Shown: piece by piece, positions 30,115 to 38,653 of the stretch | Numbering within the stretch: position 1 is the stretch's first letter | How the letters are laid out: each line of letters opens with the position of its first letter | The notes under the pieces: generated by a model | The model's input: the letters and a program-made list of their open reading frames with translations, nothing else | The model's database searches: none | What the model was told of the DNA's origin: nothing | Source: Giardia intestinalis | Taxonomy: Eukaryota | Direction: 5' to 3' (one strand) | Assembly: GCA_000002435.2 (NCBI GenBank) | Contig: CM018792.1 | DNA: 64,000 bases | Translations under genes and position numbers: made by a program

Positions 30115-32169
30115 ATGGAGCACCGTCGTCTACCTCCCCAGTTCTCTTACGTTCAGCTTCTCGGGGAGACGGGCTTTGGGGCTAGTATTCTTGCCCAGCG
30201 CAGGGACACCGGAGTTGGGGTCGCTGTAAAGGACGTTAACACGCAAACGCTCACCGAACTTGGCCGCGTAAAGCTCGAGCAGAACATTGAGCGCATTCGT
30301 TCTCTTCATCATCCCAACGTCAATCCCTATTACGAGACGTACACCACAGAGACCGACCACTTTTACATAACCTCTGACTATCTGCCCCAGGGGAGTCTTC
30401 GTGATGAGATTGCCGCGCGTAAATATGACAATTCACCGTTTCCGGAAGAACGTATCTGGGCTATTATCTCACAGATCCTCCAATCCCTCGCATATCTTCA
30501 CGCTCGCATGAAAGCAAACGCTCCTGACGCGGGTTGCATCATTCATGGGAATTTGAAGCCAAGCAATATACTATTGTGTGATGATGGTCCTCTGCGCGTG
30601 ACTGATTACGCCATTCGTCCGTCTTCCTCAAATAGGGTCTTCTCTACCACGACAAACGATTACACCGTTTGCTATAAGGCTCCAGAGGTGCTGATGCACA
30701 AACCATGTGACGAAAAGCAGGATATCTGGTCTCTGGGATGCATTCTCCTCGAGATGTGCTCTCTCTCATATCCGGCGTTGATTAAGTCGGGGGTTCCCCT
30801 CGAGGATAATTTTCGCGAGGAGCCTGATTGCATTATTCCACAGAAGTACAGTAATACTATTCGTATTTTCTTAGACCATACTCTTGTTCTAGATCCGTCT
30901 AAGAGATTGTCTGCTGCTGAGCTGCTAATGTTCCCGATAATAACGGAAAGCCTGCAAAAGTTATCATTCAAATATGCACCAGAGGATGATCTGCGGCGTA
31001 GCTCTAATATTTTTGTCTACAAGGAGTCTGAGCAGCGTCAGACAGAGATGGTTGAATCTCTCCCTATGGTTCCTGTGGCTCCTCTTGACGATAACTACGT
31101 AGGAACTCCCTTCCTAGGCCGAGCACCGCCTCCTCTTGTAGCTACCACCAAGGAGTATGTACTGGCTGAAAATAGTACTCTACTGCACGTCTCTGCCTCA
31201 AAAGGTGATGTAGATGGAATTAGAACATATATAAGCATGGCAAGAGCTAAGAATGATGACGGGCTCACGGCTCTAATGGTGGCAGCCCAATTCAATCAGC
31301 CCGAAAGCTGTCGTGAGTTGCTGAACTATGAGTGCTATCTTCGGGATGACTATGCAACTACGGCTCTTATGATTGCAGCTACAGAGGGACACATAGACTG
31401 TGTTCGTGTGTTGATGACTCGAGAAGCCGGGTTTATGCGCCCTGACAGAGCCTGTGCATATAGCCTCGCCATGGCTAAAGGGCACATACATGTCGCTAAC
31501 TTGCTAAAGCCTATCGAGGACGTCTGGCGTGACGATAAGGGAAACACGGCTCTAATTCTTGCGGCAATGGCCGGTAACTTAAAACAAGTTACTGATAACC
31601 TCGACAAGGTTCGATTCACTAATGCGCAAGGGAAAACCGCGCTGATGTACGCATCAGAAGGTAATCACGTTGACATAGTGAAAATCCTTACTCCAGATGA
31701 ATCTGGAATACATAAACTTGGGACAAATAACTGCATCGGTGCAACAGCCTTGATGCTAGCATCCAGTGCGGGTCATACACACGTAGCAGAAATACTTGCT
31801 CATTACGAGGCTGGAAAGGTGAAGCACAATGGCTGGACAGCTCTGATGTTTGCAGCCCAGAACGGCCATGACGAAATTATACCCTATCTCATAGATAAGG
31901 AGGCACGTAGGCAGCTTGTGGATGGGTGGACAGCCCTTATGTTTTCTGCAAAAGGAAACTTTATCAAGTGTATGGACAGACTCATTGAATTTGAAGCAGG
32001 GCTCACAATGAATCAAGGGATGACTGCTTTGATTTTTGCTATTGAAAAGGGGAACGAAGAGGCTATTAAGAAGCTCATTCCATATGAGGGCAAGATTCTT
32101 GTCGGAAATGGCCACAAGCCCTCTGAGTATGCTAAGACACTCCACATAAGGAATTTGCTACCTCTGTAG
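30115..32169 (+). CDS. NEK-family kinase-like protein with ankyrin repeats (probable pseudokinase)
   Basis: The kinase fold has VAVKDV (beta3 Lys), HHPNV, IIHGNLKPSNILL (the catalytic Asp of HRD is replaced by Asn), VTDYAI in place of DFG, and YKAPEV. The C-terminal half has about 9 ankyrin repeats. The ATG at 30115 was verified. AGTAAAC lies at 32234-32240 downstream of the stop. Confidence 0.7.
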   Translation: MEHRRLPPQFSYVQLLGETGFGASILAQRRDTGVGVAVKDVNTQTLTELGRVKLEQNIERIRSLHHPNVNPYYETYTTETDHFYITSDYLPQGSLRDEIAARKYDNSPFPEERIWAIISQILQSLAYLHARMKANAPDAGCIIHGNLKPSNILLCDDGPLRVTDYAIRPSSSNRVFSTTTNDYTVCYKAPEVLMHKPCDEKQDIWSLGCILLEMCSLSYPALIKSGVPLEDNFREEPDCIIPQKYSNTIRIFLDHTLVLDPSKRLSAAELLMFPIITESLQKLSFKYAPEDDLRRSSNIFVYKESEQRQTEMVESLPMVPVAPLDDNYVGTPFLGRAPPPLVATTKEYVLAENSTLLHVSASKGDVDGIRTYISMARAKNDDGLTALMVAAQFNQPESCRELLNYECYLRDDYATTALMIAATEGHIDCVRVLMTREAGFMRPDRACAYSLAMAKGHIHVANLLKPIEDVWRDDKGNTALILAAMAGNLKQVTDNLDKVRFTNAQGKTALMYASEGNHVDIVKILTPDESGIHKLGTNNCIGATALMLASSAGHTHVAEILAHYEAGKVKHNGWTALMFAAQNGHDEIIPYLIDKEARRQLVDGWTALMFSAKGNFIKCMDRLIEFEAGLTMNQGMTALIFAIEKGNEEAIKKLIPYEGKILVGNGHKPSEYAKTLHIRNLLPL

Positions 32170-32268
32170 AGCGATAACATGGCGCTGCTTTCTTTTATCT
32201 TCTACCGCCGTGTTCTATACTGATTTGGTAGGTAGTAAACATTAAAAAGGCATATTCTAGCTCTTGCA

Positions 32269-33984
32269 TCAGTTGTCAATACTCTTCCCCGTTATCATAA
32301 ATCTGAGATACCTATAGGCAGACCTTTTCTCAGCTTTAGACTCAGCTATCTTTTGGTGGATTTCGGCCCAGTCGGTGGCAGACAAGGAACTGGAATTGGT
32401 CTTGCTTGTCATTGCGTGAAACATTTCTAACCGTCCCAGAAAGGTGTGCTCATAAATCTGTTCTATTGAAAAGAACACGGTCCCAATGGCTGTGGGTATC
32501 TCTGCAATCAGCAAGGCATTTTCAATACTTGAATTATCTTGGTTCATGAGCCCTATAATAAGCACAAAAGCTAACCCGAAGACTAGCCGGGTTAGACAAA
32601 CAACTGTGTTCAATATATATGTCTCTCGAAGAGTCTGGACAACGAGGACCATGTCAAGGCCCACTAGTATCACTCCAGCAATCGCAGCCTTATGCACTGC
32701 TGCATCACAATAATTAAGAAGCAATGCCTGTCTTGTCTCGGTTAAGGTTGCAAACGAATCGGCCACGTTAGCAGGAAGTAACAGTCGCATAAGAAATGGG
32801 GACAAAGCAAGGAAAATAAATCCTAATAGAAGTCCAATAGAGTAGACGAGAATAGTCAATCTGACTAGAACTGTCCCTGCACACTGATAAAATCTATGAA
32901 AGTAATAGGTCTGCATCGAAGTATAGTAAGAAGTAGCAAAGGACCTCGATGATATCATAAAGATGTGCCGAAAAAGATAGAATACAAGCAGAGAAATCCT
33001 TTTCGTGATCGATTCATCAGAGTTTGTGTAGTACTTTGCCACAAGAGTATTGGTCGCTAAAAGCATAAGTGGCTCATATAGCGTTTTAAGATAATGTGGA
33101 ATAGAACTTAACAAGATGTGCTTATAGACCTTCCACTGCCAAGGGTATCTGTTTTGCTTAAGAAGATTTAGAGAGGTTGCTAATGGATAGTTGTAAATTG
33201 TCTTCTGGCACGTTATAAGTAACATCCAAATACTTAAAGGTATAGACACTACAATATCAGTCACAGCCGGCGCAGTAGCAAGAGTTGACATCATGTTCCC
33301 ACCCCGCTCCCGTCCAATCTTACTGCAGATGGTATAAAAGAGAAGGAGAAAGATACCCTTAAGCAGGTACCTTGTTAATATGTGTGTGAAGATAAGCACG
33401 TGCCGTTGCTCAACAATGTGAATTGCCGTCATCCCTTCATCAAATATAATACTCAACCCTCCGAGCGTCGAACAGAGTACTAAGTATTTGGTAGCGTACG
33501 AGTCATCTGAGGTGCCTACTGCACTAACGATATAACGGGACGCGGGGGCAATGGTGAGAGAAACTAGGGTGCACCAGCACACAGAGAGAATAATATAGCC
33601 AAGGAGGTATGCATTAGCAAATATGGCGTGGCCCACTTCCAGCTCCTTGTGAACAAACGATGCTGCCGATAAAGAAAAGGATATGATTGGACCCCGAATG
33701 GCTATCTGATAAATCGGGTACACAGTGGCAAGAGCAAGGAAGCCATGGAGGCCAGTGAAATAAATCATTACTACACATTCCATTACCAAGTATCCTGCAT
33801 ACGCAACATCTAATAATAGGTTTATAAAGTATCCACGCCAAATCAATCGCATTAAAGAATAACGAGGAAAGGTGGGAATAAGTGATTGTTCTGCCCCCTG
33901 CGTGTATCCTTCCTGCTTCTTATATCTATTCTCCATGTATTTGTCTAGTAGTTGAATAATCGTCATACGCGGTTTCCGAGCCAT
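32269..33984 (-). CDS. Multi-pass integral membrane protein (about 12 predicted TM helices), possibly a MOP-superfamily flippase (Rft1-like)
   Basis: It is 571 aa with many hydrophobic helices throughout. The ATG at 33982-33984 was verified. The Rft1/MOP assignment is a guess from size and topology only. Confidence 0.45.
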   Translation of the reverse strand: MARKPRMTIIQLLDKYMENRYKKQEGYTQGAEQSLIPTFPRYSLMRLIWRGYFINLLLDVAYAGYLVMECVVMIYFTGLHGFLALATVYPIYQIAIRGPIISFSLSAASFVHKELEVGHAIFANAYLLGYIILSVCWCTLVSLTIAPASRYIVSAVGTSDDSYATKYLVLCSTLGGLSIIFDEGMTAIHIVEQRHVLIFTHILTRYLLKGIFLLLFYTICSKIGRERGGNMMSTLATAPAVTDIVVSIPLSIWMLLITCQKTIYNYPLATSLNLLKQNRYPWQWKVYKHILLSSIPHYLKTLYEPLMLLATNTLVAKYYTNSDESITKRISLLVFYLFRHIFMISSRSFATSYYTSMQTYYFHRFYQCAGTVLVRLTILVYSIGLLLGFIFLALSPFLMRLLLPANVADSFATLTETRQALLLNYCDAAVHKAAIAGVILVGLDMVLVVQTLRETYILNTVVCLTRLVFGLAFVLIIGLMNQDNSSIENALLIAEIPTAIGTVFFSIEQIYEHTFLGRLEMFHAMTSKTNSSSLSATDWAEIHQKIAESKAEKRSAYRYLRFMITGKSIDN

Positions 33985-34017
33985 TCTTTAATTTTATCTC
34001 AAGACTTCCTGCTTCCG

Positions 34018-36477
34018 ATGCCCATAGACGTATCGGATTCAGATGGTTTAGGAGAATTTCTTCAGATTGAGCAGATGGTGTCAGGGGAAGACCCCGATGT
34101 GCTTCGAAAGTTCGCTAGAGACTTTGCAAAAGAATCACCCCCTCCACACAAGCTGCGGCACGATCTCACAGGGAGCTGTATAGATATTTCAGACGATACT
34201 GACTTGGACGCAAATCCATATCCATTAGATGGACTGTATACCGCAGAAGGTGCCCCGCGACAACAGCGAATTCTCACAAGACATAACCTATTATCAGAGC
34301 GCCCACAGGTCGGCGAATCTCAAAGTTATGACTTCGAAAATGGGTATTCTCCTGGACCTGATTCCAGACTTGCCCATTCAGCTTTGGGAGCAACAGTGGA
34401 GCAAGATTTTCTGGCAGACCTTGACGTCGAGGACGATATTATATCTGTTGACCCGCATATTGAGAATGATACTGATGCCAAGGCACACATGGACAACGCC
34501 GCTAAGTTCTTATCCGATAGCCATTATCAAAGTGCTCCAGACTTTGGGGAAACATATACCCATAATCGAGAAGATTTACTTAGCAATTCCTACTTCCAGG
34601 CTGTAGAGAGACAATCGGATAATTATGCAGCAGTAAAGGACCCGCACTCAAGCCATGATAATTGTGAAGAAAGTGAGGATTTAGAGTCCAAGTTTCATGC
34701 ATCCATTAGGAAAAATAGCTTAGCGGGAATTGAAACAGACCTTGCCTCTGTTGATGAAGAAGGTGTCTCCACTGGAACGGTAGTTCACCTACCTAAATTT
34801 CTTACTCTAGAATCAGTGGAGAATAGCAACACAATAGTCCGCATGAAGTCAAACTCCACTGGGATTAGTCGTTTCTTAGAGGCTGATGATGTCAGAAAGC
34901 AGTCGGAGGTCCCTGACGGGCCTGCAGATTTTAATGCAGCTCGCGACCAGAGTGCACCTACGTCTGTCCAGAGTCAACAACGACAGCAACAAATTGCTCT
35001 TCCCCCAGCCAGTGCAGATGACCGCATTGACGAACAGCTTCGATTGATGGAGAGGGAAATCAACAAGTTAACAGATATGCAAAAGGAGGTCGACGAGTCC
35101 TTGAAAAAGAACGCCGCAGAGCATACTGAACGAATGCGTAAGCTAGAGGCAGACAAGGCGGAATTTGACAGAATCAGGAAGGAGGAATGGGCAAAGATAA
35201 AGAAGGAGAAACAACAACTAGACGACCGCCGAACGGCTTTTAAAGATAAAGATAGCAAATTGAAAGAGCTTACAGCAGAATTAGAGAAGCACAAGACCAG
35301 CAATCAGAAGTTAAGGGAGGATATGCGCCGCAAAGACAACAACTCGCGGCTAACTTCAGAACAATTGCGCTCAAAAATCGACACTCTTACAGAGGAAAAT
35401 AACAATTTAAAGAAGCGGTTGGAACTGAGTGATAAGGCAGCTATTGAAATGCGCCAGAAGATTCTTAACTTGGAAAAGCTGAATAAAATGCTTCAGATTC
35501 AAGCTCGTTCTGATACTTCTGATAGAGAACCGTCTTCTAGAGCTATGAATTCCCCACCAAGACGTCAAGGTCCAGCTGCAGCTCCGCTAAATGTCCATGT
35601 GAGTGACACGGAGCAAGAGAATGACTCCATGGTCACTGTCAATAAGCCACTGAGGGCAGACATACCTAATAAAACTCTCTCTAACATAACAAGTAGTCCT
35701 GGAAGAAACCTTAGCCAGACGCTGAACCACGATTGGCGGGGCCAAATTACAAAGGGTCGGCCAATCAGCGCTGATATAGATTCCATAAGTCCTAAAAGGA
35801 ACCCTGCACACCTTAGTGCAACGGCTCGCCCGGGATCCTCGCACGTATCATTTAAGGAACAGGTATCCTCATCAATTCAACAGCCCAGACAGCCTATCGC
35901 ACTACCGAAGGCAACCGTGGGGGCGCCTTCCAGACAATCGCTTTCTATGCACGCACCAGAGAACGATGAGGTTCTCAAATTACTGCCGTACAGCACCCCG
36001 GATTTGTTCTTCCGACAATTTAACGACAGTGTCCTGGCTTACGTGAAGGATGCTCAAATACTAGAGCAGCATACAAAGAATCAACGTGTGGATAAAGTGC
36101 TTTCCACTGGCGCTACGCTTACCGAATTTGATAATGGAACAATGAAGCTACAGATACCGCACAGAGGAGAGATAAACATCAAGTTTCAAAATAATGACCT
36201 GAAGCAGCTACACAGCGATGGCAAGATAGTCTATTTTTACCATGAAAAAGGTATTCTAATGACTACAATCCCAGTGGTTCTTATAAATCCATCTGCTGCA
36301 ATCAGCAAGGACGAACGCATCAGTGTGTATAGATTCAGCTCAGGGCAGATTGAGAAGCACTATGCTGACAATCGCAAGGAGGTTTACTACCCAGATGGGT
36401 CTAAGAAGTATGTCGCAGCTGATGGATCTGAGCATTCTATTCTAGCTGACGGCACTGAGAGTCACTACACTCCTTAG
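34018..36477 (+). CDS. Coiled-coil protein with C-terminal TCP10/G-box domain: CPAP/CENPJ/SAS-4-like centriole (basal body) assembly protein
   Basis: The central coiled coil is DEQLRLMEREINKLTDMQKEVDESLKK...RLELSDKAAIEMRQKILNLEKLNKMLQ. The C-terminus has tandem short beta-strand G-box-like repeats: IKFQNNDLKQLHSDGKIVYFYHEKGILMTTIPV, HYADNRKEVYYPDGSKKYVAADGSEHSILADGTE. The track start at 33952 is TTG, and the first ATG is at 34018 (MPIDVSD), which I verified. Confidence 0.45.
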   Translation: MPIDVSDSDGLGEFLQIEQMVSGEDPDVLRKFARDFAKESPPPHKLRHDLTGSCIDISDDTDLDANPYPLDGLYTAEGAPRQQRILTRHNLLSERPQVGESQSYDFENGYSPGPDSRLAHSALGATVEQDFLADLDVEDDIISVDPHIENDTDAKAHMDNAAKFLSDSHYQSAPDFGETYTHNREDLLSNSYFQAVERQSDNYAAVKDPHSSHDNCEESEDLESKFHASIRKNSLAGIETDLASVDEEGVSTGTVVHLPKFLTLESVENSNTIVRMKSNSTGISRFLEADDVRKQSEVPDGPADFNAARDQSAPTSVQSQQRQQQIALPPASADDRIDEQLRLMEREINKLTDMQKEVDESLKKNAAEHTERMRKLEADKAEFDRIRKEEWAKIKKEKQQLDDRRTAFKDKDSKLKELTAELEKHKTSNQKLREDMRRKDNNSRLTSEQLRSKIDTLTEENNNLKKRLELSDKAAIEMRQKILNLEKLNKMLQIQARSDTSDREPSSRAMNSPPRRQGPAAAPLNVHVSDTEQENDSMVTVNKPLRADIPNKTLSNITSSPGRNLSQTLNHDWRGQITKGRPISADIDSISPKRNPAHLSATARPGSSHVSFKEQVSSSIQQPRQPIALPKATVGAPSRQSLSMHAPENDEVLKLLPYSTPDLFFRQFNDSVLAYVKDAQILEQHTKNQRVDKVLSTGATLTEFDNGTMKLQIPHRGEINIKFQNNDLKQLHSDGKIVYFYHEKGILMTTIPVVLINPSAAISKDERISVYRFSSGQIEKHYADNRKEVYYPDGSKKYVAADGSEHSILADGTESHYTP

Positions 36478-36489
36478 AAGTCTATTGTG

Positions 36490-37284
36490 CTACTCTATGA
36501 CTGTGTTAACTCGCTGATGACAGCGATTGCGTACTTGTACCATTTGGCTAGGCGATCGTCTGATCACACGTTCCGAATCTAGTCCATACTCTTGCGCAAA
36601 GCTGTATAGAGAGCATTCCCCAGGGAGGATTGGAGGCTTGTAGTCTTTATCATCTGATGCGTGTGCAGGGACTGGTGGGCATAGCGTGATGGCGCCCATA
36701 AATGCGACGCGTTGGTGCACTACCGAAGGACTCTGCACAAACTGCGCGACTGTCTTGTAAATAGCTGAAAGGCTGGTTGAGGTGGCATCTCTGTCAAGTG
36801 CCTTCCCTCTGAGTACCCATAAGGATGTGGTGTAGGAGATAAAGCTGTCCAGCAGGTGGCCGATCACATGCTGAAGATCTGGAAACCTGAGCTTTAGCCG
36901 CTCTCCGATGACTAACAATGAAGCAACTTGCATGTCAAGTACTTCTATTTGCTTGCAAGTAACTATCGACGGATAGGTGTCTGCTGCAGCTTCTGTGACA
37001 TCCTCCATGATGCATCGGCTTTGAACAGCCTGAACCAAACTGCTCCAAAGTGGCGCATGCTTGATCTTGGAGATGTGTGGAGCACCCTTAAGCCGTGGTT
37101 CGGAGAGAGCTACATGCAAGGTACCCTTAGCTTGCTTTCCAGTAGGGAACCAATCTGGATCATTTCCCTCCTGACGATCTTCCTTCTCTCGCTTAGCTGC
37201 TTCATCTAGAGAGTAGGTTCCATAGTATCTAAAGATCAATCTGCCAAGGAAGCTAGAAGGATCCAACTCGAAAGAGCTATCCAT
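36490..37284 (-). CDS. Hypothetical protein (264 aa)
   Basis: The ORF is 36490..37323, but the track start is TTG and the first ATG is at 37282-37284 (MDSSFELD). It has no recognised motif. Confidence 0.45.
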   Translation of the reverse strand: MDSSFELDPSSFLGRLIFRYYGTYSLDEAAKREKEDRQEGNDPDWFPTGKQAKGTLHVALSEPRLKGAPHISKIKHAPLWSSLVQAVQSRCIMEDVTEAAADTYPSIVTCKQIEVLDMQVASLLVIGERLKLRFPDLQHVIGHLLDSFISYTTSLWVLRGKALDRDATSTSLSAIYKTVAQFVQSPSVVHQRVAFMGAITLCPPVPAHASDDKDYKPPILPGECSLYSFAQEYGLDSERVIRRSPSQMVQVRNRCHQRVNTVIE

Positions 37285-37325
37285 CTGATTTCTTTGGCAA
37301 AAGCACAGGGCCGCGCCCAACAAAT

Positions 37326-38546
37326 TTACTGTGATTCTCCACCTTCCCCATCAGCTAGAGGAAGAGTGTCGTAGCAGGACTGGCGAATAATTCCAACAAC
37401 TTCGGGCACTGTTATCGGCCAGGGGTGCATCTTATTCTTTCCGCTTGCAAATAGAGAAATTGCATAGTCCATTACTTCTTCCTCGTCATAAAGAGTGCGG
37501 CGACCCTCCACATCTGCGCAAATGACCTGCTCAACCATATCTTTGAACTCCTCATAACTGTCCATTTGGAATGCAGAAAGAATCTTCTCTAGCGTCTTTT
37601 CGAAGCGCTGATCGTCATGTGTCTCCGAGTGCTGCTTACATATATTCAGATACGCTATCAAGAAGATGGCACAGGCCTTCCCGTGTGGAACACCCTTGAA
37701 ATAGGTTATCTTGTACGAAAGACCGTGTGCAATGGAGGTGCCTCCAATTGTAATGGCTATACCAGCGTAGCAAGAGGCAAGCGTCATCTCATCGCGAAAC
37801 TCTGTCATCTCCGGGTCTGTTAAGTCCGTAAATGTTGTCTTCATGATCGCCGGCTTCAAGTAGAAATGCCAGCAGATCTGAAGATGCTTAAGGCTCTCAA
37901 CAGATGCTTTAACAGAGAGCTCAGTTGTTTTAACCGTAAGCATAGATTCAACTGCATGACACAGGATGTCCAGGAACATGCTAAGCGTTTGAGATGTCGG
38001 CAGATACAGTTGATAGCAAGGGTCGACCAGCGAGATCTTCGGAAATACGAGGTTAGGAATGCTGATTTTAGTTTGCTTAATGTGGTCGGTCAAAATGGCA
38101 TAGGGCGTTACTTCAGAGGCTGTGCCTGCTGCCGTGCTAATGCATATCACATCCTTTGGTGACTCAGAGATTGCCACCTTGATGCCCTCCTTGTTGACTA
38201 GATATACAGCAATGGCTTTTGCCGCATCCATAGCGGAGCCCCCTCCCAGCCCAATGACAAAGTCCACCTGCTTACCAGACACCTGTCTGGCTGCCTTTGT
38301 GACGGTCACTGTACTAGGGTTCGGCTCAACCTCATTGAAAAGATAACTTTCGATCTCGTGGCTGGCTAATATGTCCTTTAGCTTGCTCAACGAGTGGTTT
38401 GCCTGGGATGAAGTACTTCCTGTGACCACAAGAGCCTTCTTGCCTGCATACGACGCAAAGATACTTGCATGTTTCTCAAGCACGTCGCGATCGATATAAA
38501 TTGGATGCCTGATCACATCGGCAAAGGCACTCAGGTCGAGGGGCAT
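37326..38546 (-). CDS. Iron-containing (group III) alcohol dehydrogenase
   Basis: It has the Fe-ADH signature GLGGGSAMDAAKAIAVY and the metal-binding His cluster AHGLSYKITYFKGVPHGKACAIFL. The track start (38655-38657) is GTG. The ATG at 38652-38654 would abut the upstream HCMP stop, so I chose the ATG at 38544-38546 (MPLDLSAFADVIRHPIYID), which is preceded by an AT-rich initiator-like sequence (aatctaattttaaaATG on the coding strand) and fits the Fe-ADH N-terminus. Confidence 0.85.
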   Translation of the reverse strand: MPLDLSAFADVIRHPIYIDRDVLEKHASIFASYAGKKALVVTGSTSSQANHSLSKLKDILASHEIESYLFNEVEPNPSTVTVTKAARQVSGKQVDFVIGLGGGSAMDAAKAIAVYLVNKEGIKVAISESPKDVICISTAAGTASEVTPYAILTDHIKQTKISIPNLVFPKISLVDPCYQLYLPTSQTLSMFLDILCHAVESMLTVKTTELSVKASVESLKHLQICWHFYLKPAIMKTTFTDLTDPEMTEFRDEMTLASCYAGIAITIGGTSIAHGLSYKITYFKGVPHGKACAIFLIAYLNICKQHSETHDDQRFEKTLEKILSAFQMDSYEEFKDMVEQVICADVEGRRTLYDEEEVMDYAISLFASGKNKMHPWPITVPEVVGIIRQSCYDTLPLADGEGGESQ

Positions 38547-38653
38547 TTTTAAAATTAGATTTCTCAAGGACACCGAGTCGCTTTGTTGCGACCTCATATC
38601 TGAGAGTACGGACCAGGTCCATTTACTAGGGAGCTGGTAGCTATGAAAAAACA

